From: an uncultured Planctomycetota bacterium
GTDB taxonomy: Bacteria > Planctomycetota > Planctomycetia > Isosphaerales > Isosphaeraceae
DNA: 64,000 bases
Direction of reading: 5' to 3'
Assembly: GCA_963823665.1 (NCBI GenBank)
Contig: CAWGMQ010000011.1
Coordinates: forward strand, 896,001 to 960,000
The notes below the pieces were generated by a model. That model did no database searches, was not told the origin of the DNA, and worked only from the letters and a program-made list of their open reading frames with translations. Position numbers and translations under genes: made by a program. This document shows positions 42,215 to 54,692 of this stretch, piece by piece (position 1 is the first letter of the stretch; every line of letters starts with the position of its first letter).

Positions 42215-44385
42215 ATGGCGCGCGAACAGTCGCAAGGCGCAGCCGCGATACTGCTGGAGCCCGCATCCGCACTCGCGAAGACCGAGGTCTCTGTGGCGCT
42301 CGAGGGCGTTTACCACGCTTCGCCCACCCTGCGCCGGAACCTCAATCGACAAGGCAAGCGCGGCGCCCGCGGGCGGCAGGACGAGCCGCAGCGCGATCCG
42401 GACACGGCGGTGGGGTTCGCGCCTCCGCTGGCAAGCCTCATCGGGGCGGGCCTGGCCGTCGGGGCGGTATCGGGATTGCTCGAGCTCCTGGTTCAGGCGA
42501 TTCAGCACCGGATCTTGCATCAGGTGCACTGGCGTACGCTCGTGATCAGCCGGCACGCGGGCTGGATGGTCGTTCTGGTTGCGACCGTATTGACACCATG
42601 CCTCGCCGCTCTGCTCATGGCGCCGGCCTTCTGGTGGGCGGTGCGCCGGAAGCGGCAAGACGCGACAGCGTCGCGGCTGGCCTGGACCTGGGATCTGGCC
42701 GGGATGATCCTCGCCGCGCTCCTGGTGCTGGGACCGATTCAGACGGTCCATGGGCTTGCCCCCACGGCCCCAGTCGTCGTGGCGCTGGGCGCCGGCGTTC
42801 AATTACGGCGATTCGTGGTTCGCCGCTCGGAGGCGTGGCAGCGCACCGCCTGCTGGGCGGGTGGGATCGTGGTCGGATTGCTGCCGATCTACACGTTCTG
42901 GACATGGCATGCGGCCTCGAGCGTGCCCGAGCGAGTGCCTTGCGCAGCCGCCGGCGCACCCAGCGTGCTCTGGATCGTCCTGGACACGGTTCGAGCCGAT
43001 CATACTAGCATATATGGTTATCACCGTGCGACCACACCCCAGCTCGAGGCCTGGGCAAAGCGCGGCATCACGTTCGACATGGCGCGCTCGCCGGCGAGCT
43101 GGACCTTGCCGTCGCATCTCAGCATGTTCACAGGTCTCTGGCCCACTCAGCACGGAGCGCGGGTGGACCGGCCTTACTCGGGGCGCCGCCCACTCTCGCC
43201 GAACATCTGCGCGCCGGGGGATACGTCACTGCGGGGTTCGTGGCGAACGTAAGGATGTGCAATCGCGCTTACGGCCTGGCGCGAGGTTTCGACACCTACG
43301 TCGATTACCCGTGGAATGACGAGGTCTCGCTGAAAGCGGCGATCCACAACTCGGCGCTGGGCTCGTCGGTGCTGGAGGTCGTCAGGCGACTTCGTCTGCC
43401 TGCACCGGACCATTATCCATTCAACTACCGAGTTTCAGCATGCGCGATCGCGAGCCAGGCCAGGGGGTGGCTCGAGCGCGTGAGCGGTCACGAAGGAAGC
43501 ACACGACGCCCTGACGGGCGTCCGTTCTTCCTTTTCCTGAACCTGTTCGACGCGCACGGTCCGTACTTGCCCGACACGACGGGCGAGCGTACCTTCTGGA
43601 CCGGGGCGATCCCGCCGGAGCGGCTGGCCGCGCCGAAGTGCGGTTGGGATGCGCAGAGCGCGTGTAACTCCGCGGCGGCTGTGGAACAACCAGCACGGCG
43701 GCGCGAGCTCGAAACGGTTTGTCGCCGGCTGGGCGATCTCTATGACGAGTGCGTCCACGAGATGGACGCGGTCGTGGGCGGTTTCCTCGAGGAGCTTCGA
43801 GCCGCCGGCACGCTGGCCAATACCTGGGTAGTGATTGTTTCCGACCATGGCGAGCACTTCGGTGAACACGGCCAGTTTGGACACGGCTCGAGCCTGTACA
43901 ATGAAGCGACTCACGTGCCACTCATTCTGATTCCGCCGCTGGGGCCGGAAGACTCGAACGAGGATCCGACTCCGTCACTACGCGGCCGGCGGATCCAGGT
44001 GCCAGTCTCGACGCGCAACCTTGCCCGAACGCTGGCCGAGCTGACCGGTGCGGCAACCGAGAATCCGTTCCCCGGCCAAAGCCTCGCGGGGCACTGGACG
44101 GGAGCGATCAAGACGTCGGTAGAGCCGGTCTTCTCGCAGCTTGTCGAGCCTCGCCTGGGCGGCGATGACTTTCGAACCGAGAACCTCACGAGGATCGAAT
44201 CGGTCATCGAAGAGGATCGGATCTTCATCGATTCCGACGACGAATTCTTCGAGCTTTATCACCTCACCGGCGACTCGCGGCAGCAGTCAAACATGTTCAG
44301 CCAACCAGTCGAGCAGGCTCGGGTCGAACGGTTGCGGCAGACGCTGAACCGCTTTCGTGACGAAGCCGCTGGACCGATCGAATGA
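42215..44385 (+). CDS. Membrane-anchored sulfatase-family hydrolase (frameshift near 43185)
   Basis: N-terminal TM helices, WIVLDTVRADH, SWTLPSH.SMFTG, PFFLFLNLFDAHGPY, SDHGEHFGEHG..GHG..LY..HVPL. Confidence 0.9.
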
Positions 44386-44487
44386 TGCGCCGGAGCTCGG
44401 CTCTCGAGTGCCTGCGTAGACCTTCATCGTCACGAGCAGTAAAATGTGTCGAGACCCCGGAAGCTACCGCTTCGAGAGGACCCGCCC

Positions 44488-47434
44488 ATGCTCGCTGACG
44501 AGTCTCGGCACGAAGAACGGCAGTTCTCTGATCGCTCCCCCGCAAGGGCCGCTCGCTCGAGCAACGTCGTGCGCCGCAGGCAGGCGCCGGTGGTCGTTCT
44601 GGCAGCGGCCCTCGGGTTCATCTTCAACCCGGCCGCACGGGGTCAGCAGCGACCGCAGTTGCCGCCGCTCGACCCGGGCGCGGTGAAGAGCCGGCTTGTG
44701 GTGCGCACGGTGAAGACGGAGAAGGGTCCCCGCCAGGTCGTCGTGCTCGGCAAGGCTGTTCAAGTGGCGGAGCTGCTGGACTACCGCCCCTTCTACCGCG
44801 CCGAGATACTTCCCCGGGAGTTCCTGCGTCAGGCCGTTCTGATCGCGGCGCGTGACGAATTGGGGCTCGCCACTCGCGACCAGGTGATCGACGATACGTC
44901 GGCCGAGGGCGAAGACGGCGCGATCGCGGTCGCCGAGGTCAGCTACGTGATCCGGAACTACAGGCCGAGCGAACAGATTCGTCGCGTGGGGAAGGAAGGC
45001 GTCGAAGTGCTGCTGGCTCATCCGACGTCGCTTGGGCCCGGTCAGAATCTCGATCTGGGTAAGTTGCTCGCTTCGGCCGAGGCCCTCTCGAGAGAGGAGC
45101 TTCCCCGGGTCCTGAAAGGCCTCGGGCTCGATGGAAGACCGAACGCGATCAATGCCGAGGGCGGATATCCGCGCGAGGTCGAGGAGGCTCTGGGCAGCCT
45201 GGGATATGTGGACGTTCTGCTGGCCGTGCGCGAGGTGCACAGGGCGATCCGTTCCGCCGGTGAGTCGCCCGAGCGATTAGGGGCACTGGTGCGAGGCTAC
45301 GCACTGCTTGGCGTCTTGAGCGAGCACGAATGGCACCCAGCGCATCGGGCGTTCCAGGCCCGATCGCTGCTCTACGCGCAGCGGATGGTCACGCGCGCCC
45401 GGAGACGCCGTGGGGCCTCTGGCACCGGGCGTTTGCCTGGGCACTGGTGGGCCGGCATGCGGACGCTCTGGCCGACCTTGACGAGGCGAAGCAAAAGGAG
45501 CCGGGCAAGAAGCCGCCGGAGACGCCGGGATGGATCGGGCTCATCGATGCCTATGCGCATTACGACTCGGGCCGTCTCGCGCGCGACGAGGGCCCCAAGA
45601 ACAAGCTCGCCGCCCTTTTGTGCATGCTGAGCCTTGGCTACCCGCGTGCAACCGGGATCGGCTTGCAGTCAGCCAAGGACGTGGTCGCGCTCCAGGGCGA
45701 TTGCTTCCGCGCCCATGACGTCATGAGCGAATTCCCCGGGGTTTCGACGCAGCTCATGACGACCATGATTGCGCCCCAATCGCTCGAGCAATTGCTGTTG
45801 GAGAAGCTGCCCGGGCTCGAGGGAATACCCGCGGACGTGAAGCGGCAACTGGCCAACCGACAGGCAGCCTTCGCGGCGGCCGCAATCTTTGACAAGGCGG
45901 GCGCCCCGGAACTCGACACGGGAGAGCCGGCGTGGGGAGCGGTGGCTCGAATGATCCGCGAGACTCGCTTCGTCCACATCTTCCGGCGGTTGTACTTCAT
46001 GAAGTACATGTGGGCCGTTCCCGTCGAGGAGTACTGGAACGAGGTGCGCCCGGAAATCGGCGGCCATCGCTACAGCCCTTTTCTGGAGATCATGACAACC
46101 GCTCCAGACGCCCTGGCGAAGTTCCGGCAGTTCGCCGAACGGATGGACCTGGCCGATATCGAGATGACCGAGCACCAGATGAACCAGACCCTGTGGAACC
46201 TCGGGCGGCCGCGGGACCGTGCCGCCTGGACTCTCGCGATGGCCCACGAGGACGAGACTGCCCGAATGGAGCACTCGCTCTGGTGGGCCCAGGACCCAGA
46301 GAAGCTCGGAATCGCGCAAAAAATGCTCAGGTTCAGCCCGTTTCATGCTTTCGCCCGTACCATCTGCATTTACAAGGATTGGGATAACGTCAAGGGTGAG
46401 GCGGCGGGTTGGGAGAAAGAATCGGGCGTGTCGCCGGCCGTGCTCTACGCACTTGCCCGGCATTATTCCGAGGCCAAGCAATATGCCGACGCCGAGCGAG
46501 TCCTTTTGCGCTCTATCGTGCTTTCACCCGATCTATCGACCTATGAGGCTCTCGCCGAGAACTTCAAGGCCCAGGGCAAGATCGACCGCTGGCAAGCCAC
46601 GCTCGAAGAGTTTCTCGCCAAGGTGGAAGATCTCGGGCTGGACCACGCGCACGTGCGCGTCCACATCGCGGAGCACTACATGGATCTCAAGCAGTGGGAT
46701 AAAGCCAGGCAATACGCCGACGCCGCCGCGACCACGGGCGCCGGGTGGGCGATGCTCTGTGCGGGCAACTGCGCCGAGGGTGCCAGGGATTGGGGCCGTG
46801 CCGAAACCTGGAACAGGGCCGTCACCGAACGGTATCCAGAGACTGACTTCGCTCGATGGTATTTCTTCTGCAAACGAACCGGGCGGGGCGACCTGGCGGC
46901 CGCGCACGAATCACTTGACCAGTACCTGAAGGCGCACGTCGATCGCGCCGACCTCCAGACCGAGGACTACGCGGGCTACTTCTACTGGCTCGAGGGGCGC
47001 AGCGACGTGGCGAAAAAGGCGTTTACGCGTGCCTTCCAGAATCGCAGGTCGATTTCGGCGGCGATCGCGCTGGCGATCATGGCCGACGATGAGAAGGACG
47101 CATCGCGCCGCAACGAACTGCTCAGGGAGCTTGTGACCAAGCACAAAGACCAGGCGCCAGATCGCTCGAAATCTGCCGGATCTTCCTCGAAACGGTCTTC
47201 GCGCCGGAGGGCTCGAGCCGCCCACTCGACATTGCCGCGGTCGACCGGGGTCTGGAGAGCATCCCTGAAGACGGGCGCAGCAACGCCGAGTTCTTTGTGG
47301 GTTGGTTCCTGAAGAACCACGGTCAACCTTCTCTGGCAAGGAAGTACCTGAAGCACGCGGATAGGTCGGAATACACGAATGTCTGGTGCAGCTTCCTGGC
47401 CAAGGATGTGCTCAAGCGAATGGAGGCGAAGTGA
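44488..47434 (+). CDS. Large TPR-like exported protein (frameshifts near 45395 and 47165)
   Basis: Three overlapping frames join into one helical-repeat protein with a signal-like segment. Stop overlaps the next ATG. Confidence 0.7.
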
Positions 47435-49945
47435 TGGCGGCGCTGCCGCGCTTCGCGGCACTCGTGACCGCTCTGGTCTTCTGCGAGCCGTTGCCGTTAG
47501 GCGCGCAACCGCCGGCCAACCAGCCCGCGGCGGTCGATTCGCTCGGAGACCCCCTGCCCTCGGGCGCACGGCTGCGTCTGGGAACCTCGCGGTTTCGTCC
47601 GCCTTCGAGTGTTGCCGAGCTGGCACTCGCGCCCGACGAGAAAACGATCGTCAGTGTTGGGGGCGAGCTGATCGCGTGGGATGCGGCGACCGGCAAGGAA
47701 CTGTGGCGTGCCAGTCCACGCGATTTCGGCGTAGGCATCCGGAACTCCTCTTACGGTGTCCGCGCGGTGGCATTTGCACCCGACGGCTCTCGGCTTTACA
47801 CAGCGGGAAAACCCGACGAGGTGGTGATCTGGCACACTTTGGACGGCATCCACGAAGTACTCACGATCAAGGCATCACGCAGGAATCCCAGCCCAATTTA
47901 TCAAGGTGCTCGCTCGGTTGACGTCGCGCCCGATGGCCGGAAGCTGGCGCTGGGATCTGCCAGCGGCCTGTTCGTTTGCGATCTGAGCGGCAACGTGCGC
48001 TACGACATCGCCAATGCTCCGGAAGGTCCGGCCGACCTCGACCGCAACGACCGGCTGAGCTTCGCGGGCCACTACAGCCTGGGCCGATTCTCGCCGGACG
48101 GGAAGCTGCTGGCTGTCGTCACGAGCGACCATCCCGACGTCGTCCAGTTGTGCGACGCCGAAACGGGGCGCGTGCTGCGCAAGGTGGCGCTCCAATCGCG
48201 ACTGGTTCGACTGGCGTTTTCACCCGATTCGAAGCAGCTCGCCACGACCGAGCGCGATAGCGCCGTGCGGCTCTACGACACCGCTACGGGCACGCGGCTC
48301 TGGTCGCACGTCGTCAAACTCACGAACCGCTACGAGAACTACACATCGGCCCTGGCATCCGACCCCGACGGCAAGCTTCTGGCTGTCTGCGCCACCGACA
48401 ATCGCATCTACTTGATCGACGCCTCAACCGGCCTCGAGACCGCGGCACTCGAGGGCCATCAGTGGTATCCGTGGGCGGTTGCCTTCACAAGAGACGGCAA
48501 GATGCTCTACTCTTCGGGCTGGGATGGATTCATCCGTCGATGGGACGTCGCAGCGCGGAAACAGCTCGCGCTGCCGGCCGGCGTTCGGGCGACGGGAGTG
48601 GTCGCGGCGTCGCCCGATGGGCGGACGCTGGCTTATGAGATCGATTCGGGCGTTATTCGCATCTTCGATGCCGAGTCAGGTAAGGCAGGCCGCTCACTTG
48701 CGCTTGAGAACACGAAATACTCGCAACTCACGTTCTCGCCAGACGGCCGGAGTCTCGCGGGCGGCGGCACGTGCGGCAATCAGGTTCATGTCGCGCTCTG
48801 GGACGTTGGCGGCGGGGCGCTCATCCACCGCTGGGACTGGCCGACGGGGCGCGACCCGCATTCCGACGTCGAGTCACTCTGCTTCGCGCCGGACGGAAGC
48901 CGGCTGGCCGCCGCTGTGTTCCGCCAGTCAGCGGCGTACGATTGGGACCTGAGGACGAGCAAGCAGACCTCACGCATTGAGCATGCACAAATCTATGGAG
49001 CATCATTCAGCTCCGACTCCCGGACGCTATTGACCGTTGGTTGGGACTCCGTCATCCGGTTCTGGGAAGCGAGCACGGGCGCGGCCACCGACGAAATAAA
49101 GGTCCTTGATGCGGATCCCAACGGTGACCTGAGGATGTATGCGGTGTGCTCCGAGCCCGGAGGGAACATGATTGCGACCGCACATCTTGACGGAGTCGTA
49201 CGCATCTGGGACGCTGGCACGCACAAGCTGCGGACTCGCTTTCAAGTGCGGGGTCGTTTCGTCCACGGGGCCCTGGCTTTTTCGCGAGACGGTCTCTGGC
49301 TCGCCACGGGCGCCATGGATGGCAGTGTCAGCGTGTGGGACCCCAAGGGCGGGAAGATCGTCCGGGATGTCGGCCGGCACCAGAGCTACGTCTACACGCT
49401 CGGGTTCGGCCGCGGGATTGGATCACTCGCCAGCGGCGGATCAGACGGCCTCTGCTACCTCTGGGATTTGCAGCCCCAGGGCACCCGTGCGGATCGTGAC
49501 CTGGGCCGGCTCTGGCAGGATCTCGTCGGAGAAGACGGCCCGACCGCGTATGAAGCGATCTTCGCCTTGTGCGAAACGCCCGACCGCGCCGTCGCCATGC
49601 TCGCGGAGCGTTTGCGCCCCGTGCAGACCGTTGTCGACCTGGACCGCATCGCCGAAGGAAGCGCCGACGAGGAAGCCCAGCGCCGGCGGCGCTTGACCAT
49701 GCTTCTGGTCGAACGAGAACCCGAAGGTGAAGCTGGCCATCGGCGTGAGGCGCACCGTATCGCTGCTCGAGCAGATCGGCACCCCGGCGGCGACCGCGTT
49801 ATTGAAGGAGCTCGCTGCGCAAGGCGCGGCGAAAGACATGGGCCGGCTTGCGGCGGCAGCGCTCGAGCGATCAGGCGCCGGGCGAAGACCGTCAAGCCCT
49901 GACGGCGTCGATGATTCACCGGCGTCGCGACCTCGCCCGCACTAG
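47434..49945 (+). CDS. Secreted WD40-repeat protein (frameshift near 49720)
   Basis: Signal peptide, DSLGDPLPSGARLRLG, many FSPDG/WD repeats, C-terminal LW.DL..D..A..A and LEQIGTPAA..LLKELA. Confidence 0.88.
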
Positions 49946-50192
49946 TAAACCTACAGGACATTTACACGAAACGGAGGTGCCGTGGCATTGGCATGTCTTA
50001 TACTCAATGTCAATCCCCGGTAGCTTTTTCAGTCGAGATGAGCGGCCCGAGGAAAGATGTCCGGAGCGGAACGATGCCGAACAGAAAGGCGAAACCAAGT
50101 CCATCGCTCGGCGCACGAAGCGTTATATTGCGGCGCACCCGGCAACCGGCCATGAGGATCGTCGCATCTTTACTTTTTTGCGGAGATTAGCT

Positions 50193-50408
50193 GTGAAGAA
50201 AGCCCAGAATTCCGCGCCCAAGGCGATTGAACCCCCGACGACAAGCACGCCGACGCCGGGCCCGCCCCGTGAGCTGGCGCGCCCCAGGAACGGTGTTCGA
50301 ACGGGGAACGCTCTCGGCGTCGACAAGCTCTCCGGCCCGGACGGCGGCGGGAAGAGCCCCAAGCACTTTACCCCGCTCGCGGACAAAGTCGCTGCCAGAA
50401 CTCGCTGA
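50193..50408 (+). CDS. Possible small Pro/Lys-rich protein
   Basis: GGAG upstream of GTG, 71 codons, no recognisable motif. Confidence 0.3.
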   Translation: MKKAQNSAPKAIEPPTTSTPTPGPPRELARPRNGVRTGNALGVDKLSGPDGGGKSPKHFTPLADKVAARTR

Positions 50409-50930
50409 ACGAACGAGCGCTTAGAGCGTAATCCGTTCTGCTGATCTAATTTACAGTCGCACACTCCTCGTATAGCGTTGTCGTTCGCGGCAACGCGACC
50501 GGCCCGGATTGCCCCGTCCGGGCCGGTTCTCTCCTCCAGCCTGATTGCCCCAAGCCACGTCCACAACTCCGCTCTCGCCAGGCGATCGTCCTCACTTCTG
50601 CCCCTGCCAGAAACTGAGCGACCTACCACGGCACAAGCGTCCATGCTTGGGTGGACGTGTGCGATTAGCAGCCGGACGTTTCAGCCGTTCCGATGCTGCG
50701 AATCGGAACACTACCGTCTTTGGTGTGCAGAAGTTGCCTCATGAAATACTGCCTAGATTGACGATATTTCCAAGGAAATCTCGATTTTAGACGAGATAAG
50801 GCCTGGTCTGGGCAATATGGGAAGGTATAGTAGATCTCGCAGTCAATGATGACTGGGCTGATTTAATGGTCGGATTGAAAGTGGCTCAATGGTGGGTGAC
50901 TGCGTAGATCAGCGAAGAGGATTCCGCACG

Positions 50931-52214
50931 ATGTCAGTGACTGAAGCTCGGCCCACCTTCGATGACCGTGCGCTTCAGGCCAAGATCGGCCGGCTCCGTC
51001 ACGTTGACAATCACACCAATCTGATCTACCTGGCGATCGAGTACCTGAGTCTGCTGGCGGTGATCGGGGGCGCGGTTGTGTTCGCGGAATACCGCGGGGC
51101 CTGGGGGCTTGCGTGGGCGTGGAATATTCCGGTCTTCATCACGGCGATCATTTTGGTCGGCGGGCTCCAGCACCGGCTTGCCGGGCTGGGGCACGAGTCA
51201 GCGCATTACTCATTCGTCCGCAACCGGTTTCTGAACGATTTGATACCTGATATTTTTTGCATGTTTCCCCTGCTGACGACGATCCACTTTTACCGCTTGT
51301 TCCACCTCGGGCATCACCAGTTCACGAATGACCCCGAACGCGACCCGGATCTGCTAAACCTCGGTCACGCCAAGCGAGCGGCCGACTTTCCGATGACGCG
51401 CTGGCGGTTCATCACGAAGGTTTATTTCGCGATCGTGGTCGCGCCGCTGCGGTTTCTCCAGTATCAAGGCGCGTACATGAAGGTGAATTTGCTCGGCCTG
51501 GGCCGCAACGTCTATGCCGAGAGAGCTCGCGGCCGGTCGGAGCCGCCGGCGCGAGGGATCCGGCTCGCGACGGTGCTTGGCATCGCCTACATTGCAGGGC
51601 TGCTCTTCGTCTTGCGCTACCTCACGGCACACGACCGCGTGATGCTGCTTGTGCCGGCTGGGTTTGCGGGGATTGGCCTGCTCGCCATGGTGATCTACCT
51701 CCTGCCCGATTGGGCGATCTATCGGTCGCCGCTTCGTCAGGTCTATTCGACGCGGTTTGCAAGCATGCTGAGGATGAGCTACTACACGGTTTTGCTGGTG
51801 GCGCTCACCCACGCGCGGTGGTACACCGGAGGGCGGTCGGCGATTTACCCGGTGCTTCTCTGGTACATTCCGCTCGGAACGTCGTTCATGTTCTTCATGT
51901 TGCTGAGAGACGTTTACCAGCACTCCAACGCCGATGACGGGCGATTGACCAACTCGCGGGTGTTCTTCACCGATTTCTTCACCCGGTGGGCGGTTTTCGT
52001 GTATGGCCAGGACATGCACATCCCTCATCACTTGTTTCCGGCCGTGCCCCACTATCGGCTCGGGAAGCTGCACGACCTCTTGAAACAAGATCACGAGGTT
52101 TATCGCTCGCAGGTCGTCGAGACACACGGAACGTTTCACGACGAGCTGGGACGCACGACGATCCTCGACGAGATGACTCGCCCGCGGCGCACGAGAGTCG
52201 TCGGCGTGGACTGA
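50931..52214 (+). CDS. Fatty acid desaturase-family membrane di-iron protein
   Basis: His boxes HESAH, HLGHH, HIPHH(LFPAVP), plus TM helices. Confidence 0.92.
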   Translation: MSVTEARPTFDDRALQAKIGRLRHVDNHTNLIYLAIEYLSLLAVIGGAVVFAEYRGAWGLAWAWNIPVFITAIILVGGLQHRLAGLGHESAHYSFVRNRFLNDLIPDIFCMFPLLTTIHFYRLFHLGHHQFTNDPERDPDLLNLGHAKRAADFPMTRWRFITKVYFAIVVAPLRFLQYQGAYMKVNLLGLGRNVYAERARGRSEPPARGIRLATVLGIAYIAGLLFVLRYLTAHDRVMLLVPAGFAGIGLLAMVIYLLPDWAIYRSPLRQVYSTRFASMLRMSYYTVLLVALTHARWYTGGRSAIYPVLLWYIPLGTSFMFFMLLRDVYQHSNADDGRLTNSRVFFTDFFTRWAVFVYGQDMHIPHHLFPAVPHYRLGKLHDLLKQDHEVYRSQVVETHGTFHDELGRTTILDEMTRPRRTRVVGVD

Positions 52215-52242
52215 CAGGCTGGACGGTCCGCAACGGCGGACC

Positions 52243-54677
52243 CTACTTGCGGGCGAAGAAGAGTCCGGCGGCCAGCAGGCCTACGCCGATGATGCTGGGG
52301 ATCACGCTGGGGTCGAGCCCGGCGGGCGCAGGCAGGCCGAGGCGAGGAGCGAGGATCGGGATCGCCGCGGCGGGGACGGCGTAAAACGCGATGCGAGCGC
52401 CGCCGATGAATGACGACACGATGAGAATGAGACCGCCGGCGCCGGCGCCGAAGGATGAAAGTGCAGCCAGGACCGCGGGCGGCAGCACCGGCAGGTCGAG
52501 CTGTTGAGTCGGCTTGGCGGCTCTCTCCCTCGCATGCGCGACGCCGGAGAGCGCGTGCGTCTGGACGGCGTTCAGATCCCCTGTCTTGGCAGCCTCGACG
52601 AGCGCCTGCGCGTGTTCTGCCGAGATCATCGCGTTCTGGTGCATCCAGACGATGCAGCCGGCAAGGAGTGCAGCGCCGGCGAGGAATCGGATCTTCGGGC
52701 CGAATACGACGCTCGCGAGCTTGGCGAGCAGATTGCTGCGATCGCGCGGCACGGAGCGGTCCTCCAGGAGGCCGCGTTCGTGTTCGAGCAGGACCGATTC
52801 CGCCTTGACCGCGGCGTCGCGCATCGCCTCGACGATCGAGCGGTTGACCATGATCGTTCCCTCGCGGGGTCGGATCGTTTCCCGAATTTCGGCGGCGGTC
52901 ATTACCATCGCCCGAGCCGCTCGCTGGGCCTTGCGGCGGGCAGTGAGCAGGTTGACCCCCTGAGCTTGCAAGCCGCGTTCTTCGAACTTCTGGAGCACCG
53001 CTCGCTCGTTCGCCTCGCGGCGCACGGCGCGCGTCGAGTCGATCCACCGGACGAGCGGGTCGCGCCACGGCGCAAATTTCGGCCGGGCCTTCCCGGCGTC
53101 GATCCTTCCCCACCGGTCGCGGGCCTGCAACAACGCCGGGTAGCCGAAGAGCGTCTCAAACAGCTCTTCCCAGTAAGTTCCGCTCGAGAAGCACACGAGC
53201 TGCCGCACCAGATCTTCGTCGAAGCCTTGCCGGCGCAGCGATCGGACAACTTCTTGCGCGAGCTCGAGCGGCCCGCGGCGCTCGGACGAGGCGTGAAGGT
53301 CCAGAACGCGCAAGCCCAGCGCGATGCCAACCGCGGCCAAAACGAGCGCCACACAGATCCAGAAGAGCTTCATGATCAGGAGCACAACGACGAAGACCGC
53401 GGCGGCGGCTATTCCGGTCAGCCACTCGGAGACCGAGCTTCCCAGCACGAGTGCGCTGGCCTTTTGAAAAAGCGTCGTCTTGAGTCTGAACCCGGCGATG
53501 GCGAAATCAGCCAGCGCGGTGAAGATTCCCAGGCCCAAGATCGCGGCGGCGCTGAGCCACCAGCCCAGGGACGAGAACAAAAGCGCGAGGCCCGCGCAAC
53601 CCGCGAGGATCGCCATTGTGATCCTGGTACGCAGCCGCGCGGATGGGGACTCGTGCCACGCGGTTGCGCTCTGTTGGAGCAGGGCACGCTGCTCCTCGCC
53701 GAGAGCCACCGCACGCGAGCTTGGAACGCCGAGAATCGCTTCGAGGTCGCGGATGACATCGCCCATGCCGGCGTGCCGATCTTCGGGTCGCCTGGCTGCC
53801 ATTTTCAGGACAACGGCCGAAAGTGAGCTCGGAACGGATTTGACCCTTTCCTCGGGGAACACGATCGGCCGGGTCTGCTGCCTGTCGAAGATCTCAACGG
53901 TGGTTCTGCCTTCGAACGCGGGGCGGCCGGTGAGGAGGAAATAGAGCGTGCAGCCGAGCGAGTAGATATCGGACCGAGGTCCGACCGCGGCCGGACTGCC
54001 GGCGAGCTCGGCGCGCTGAATCCCGGAGTACCGATCGAGATGCTCGGTAACGTGGTCTGATCCGAGGACGGGACTGCGGCCGCCGCTGGCTTGCGAGAGA
54101 ACGCGGCTTCTTCGGCTGCGGCGGCATCAGGTGTCTTGGCGAGCCCGAGGTCGACCACCTTGACGAGGCCGCTCTGGTCAACGTAGAGCACCTCGGGGCT
54201 CAAGTCGCGGTGAAAGAGGTTCTGGTCGTGAGCGCACTTGAGCCCGCGCGCAGCCTGGAGCACGTATCCGACGGCCTCTTTGAATTCCAGAGGCGAGCTC
54301 TCGTGAACGAGGGTGGCAAGAGATTTGCCGTCGACGAATTCGGTTGTGAAGTAGATGACGCCCTTTTGCTCGCCGAATTCGTGAATCGAAGCGATGTGAT
54401 GTTCCGAGAGCTGGGCGGCCGCATAGGCTTCGCGGGTGAACCGTGCGACGAATGCAGGATTGCTCGCCCATTGCGGCTTCATGACCTTGAGGGCCACGTC
54501 ACGGTGAAACGAAAGCTGGCGGGCGAGATAGACGGGCCCGAGGGTCCGGCGTGCGAGCTCGCGACGGACGAAGCAGCCGCCCAAGAATGTGGGGAAGGAA
54601 GCGGGGCGGGTCGCGGGCGACAAGTCGGTTTCCCCCGTCTCAGAAGTGCAAACAACCGATCCTGCGCAGCGTATCAC
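52243..54677 (-). CDS. Degenerate Ser/Thr kinase domain fused to a multi-TM C-terminus (frameshift near 54010; start uncertain)
   Basis: VYLARQ..VALKVM..RFTREA, HRDLSPE, DLGLAK, GTPG..AP|..DIYSLGCTLYFLLTG, then ORF 52243..53862 with TM helices. Confidence 0.8.
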
Positions 54678-54692
54678 GGTGTCGTACGCGTG

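Noticed and set aside
50440..50570. tmRNA, suggested by minus-strand 'AANDN' codons
   Set aside because: No tRNA-like ends or T-loop, and no ALAA-stop tag ending.
50193..52214. RiPP precursor paired with the desaturase-like enzyme
   Set aside because: No leader or core signature, a 520-bp gap between them, and no transporter, protease or other maturase nearby.
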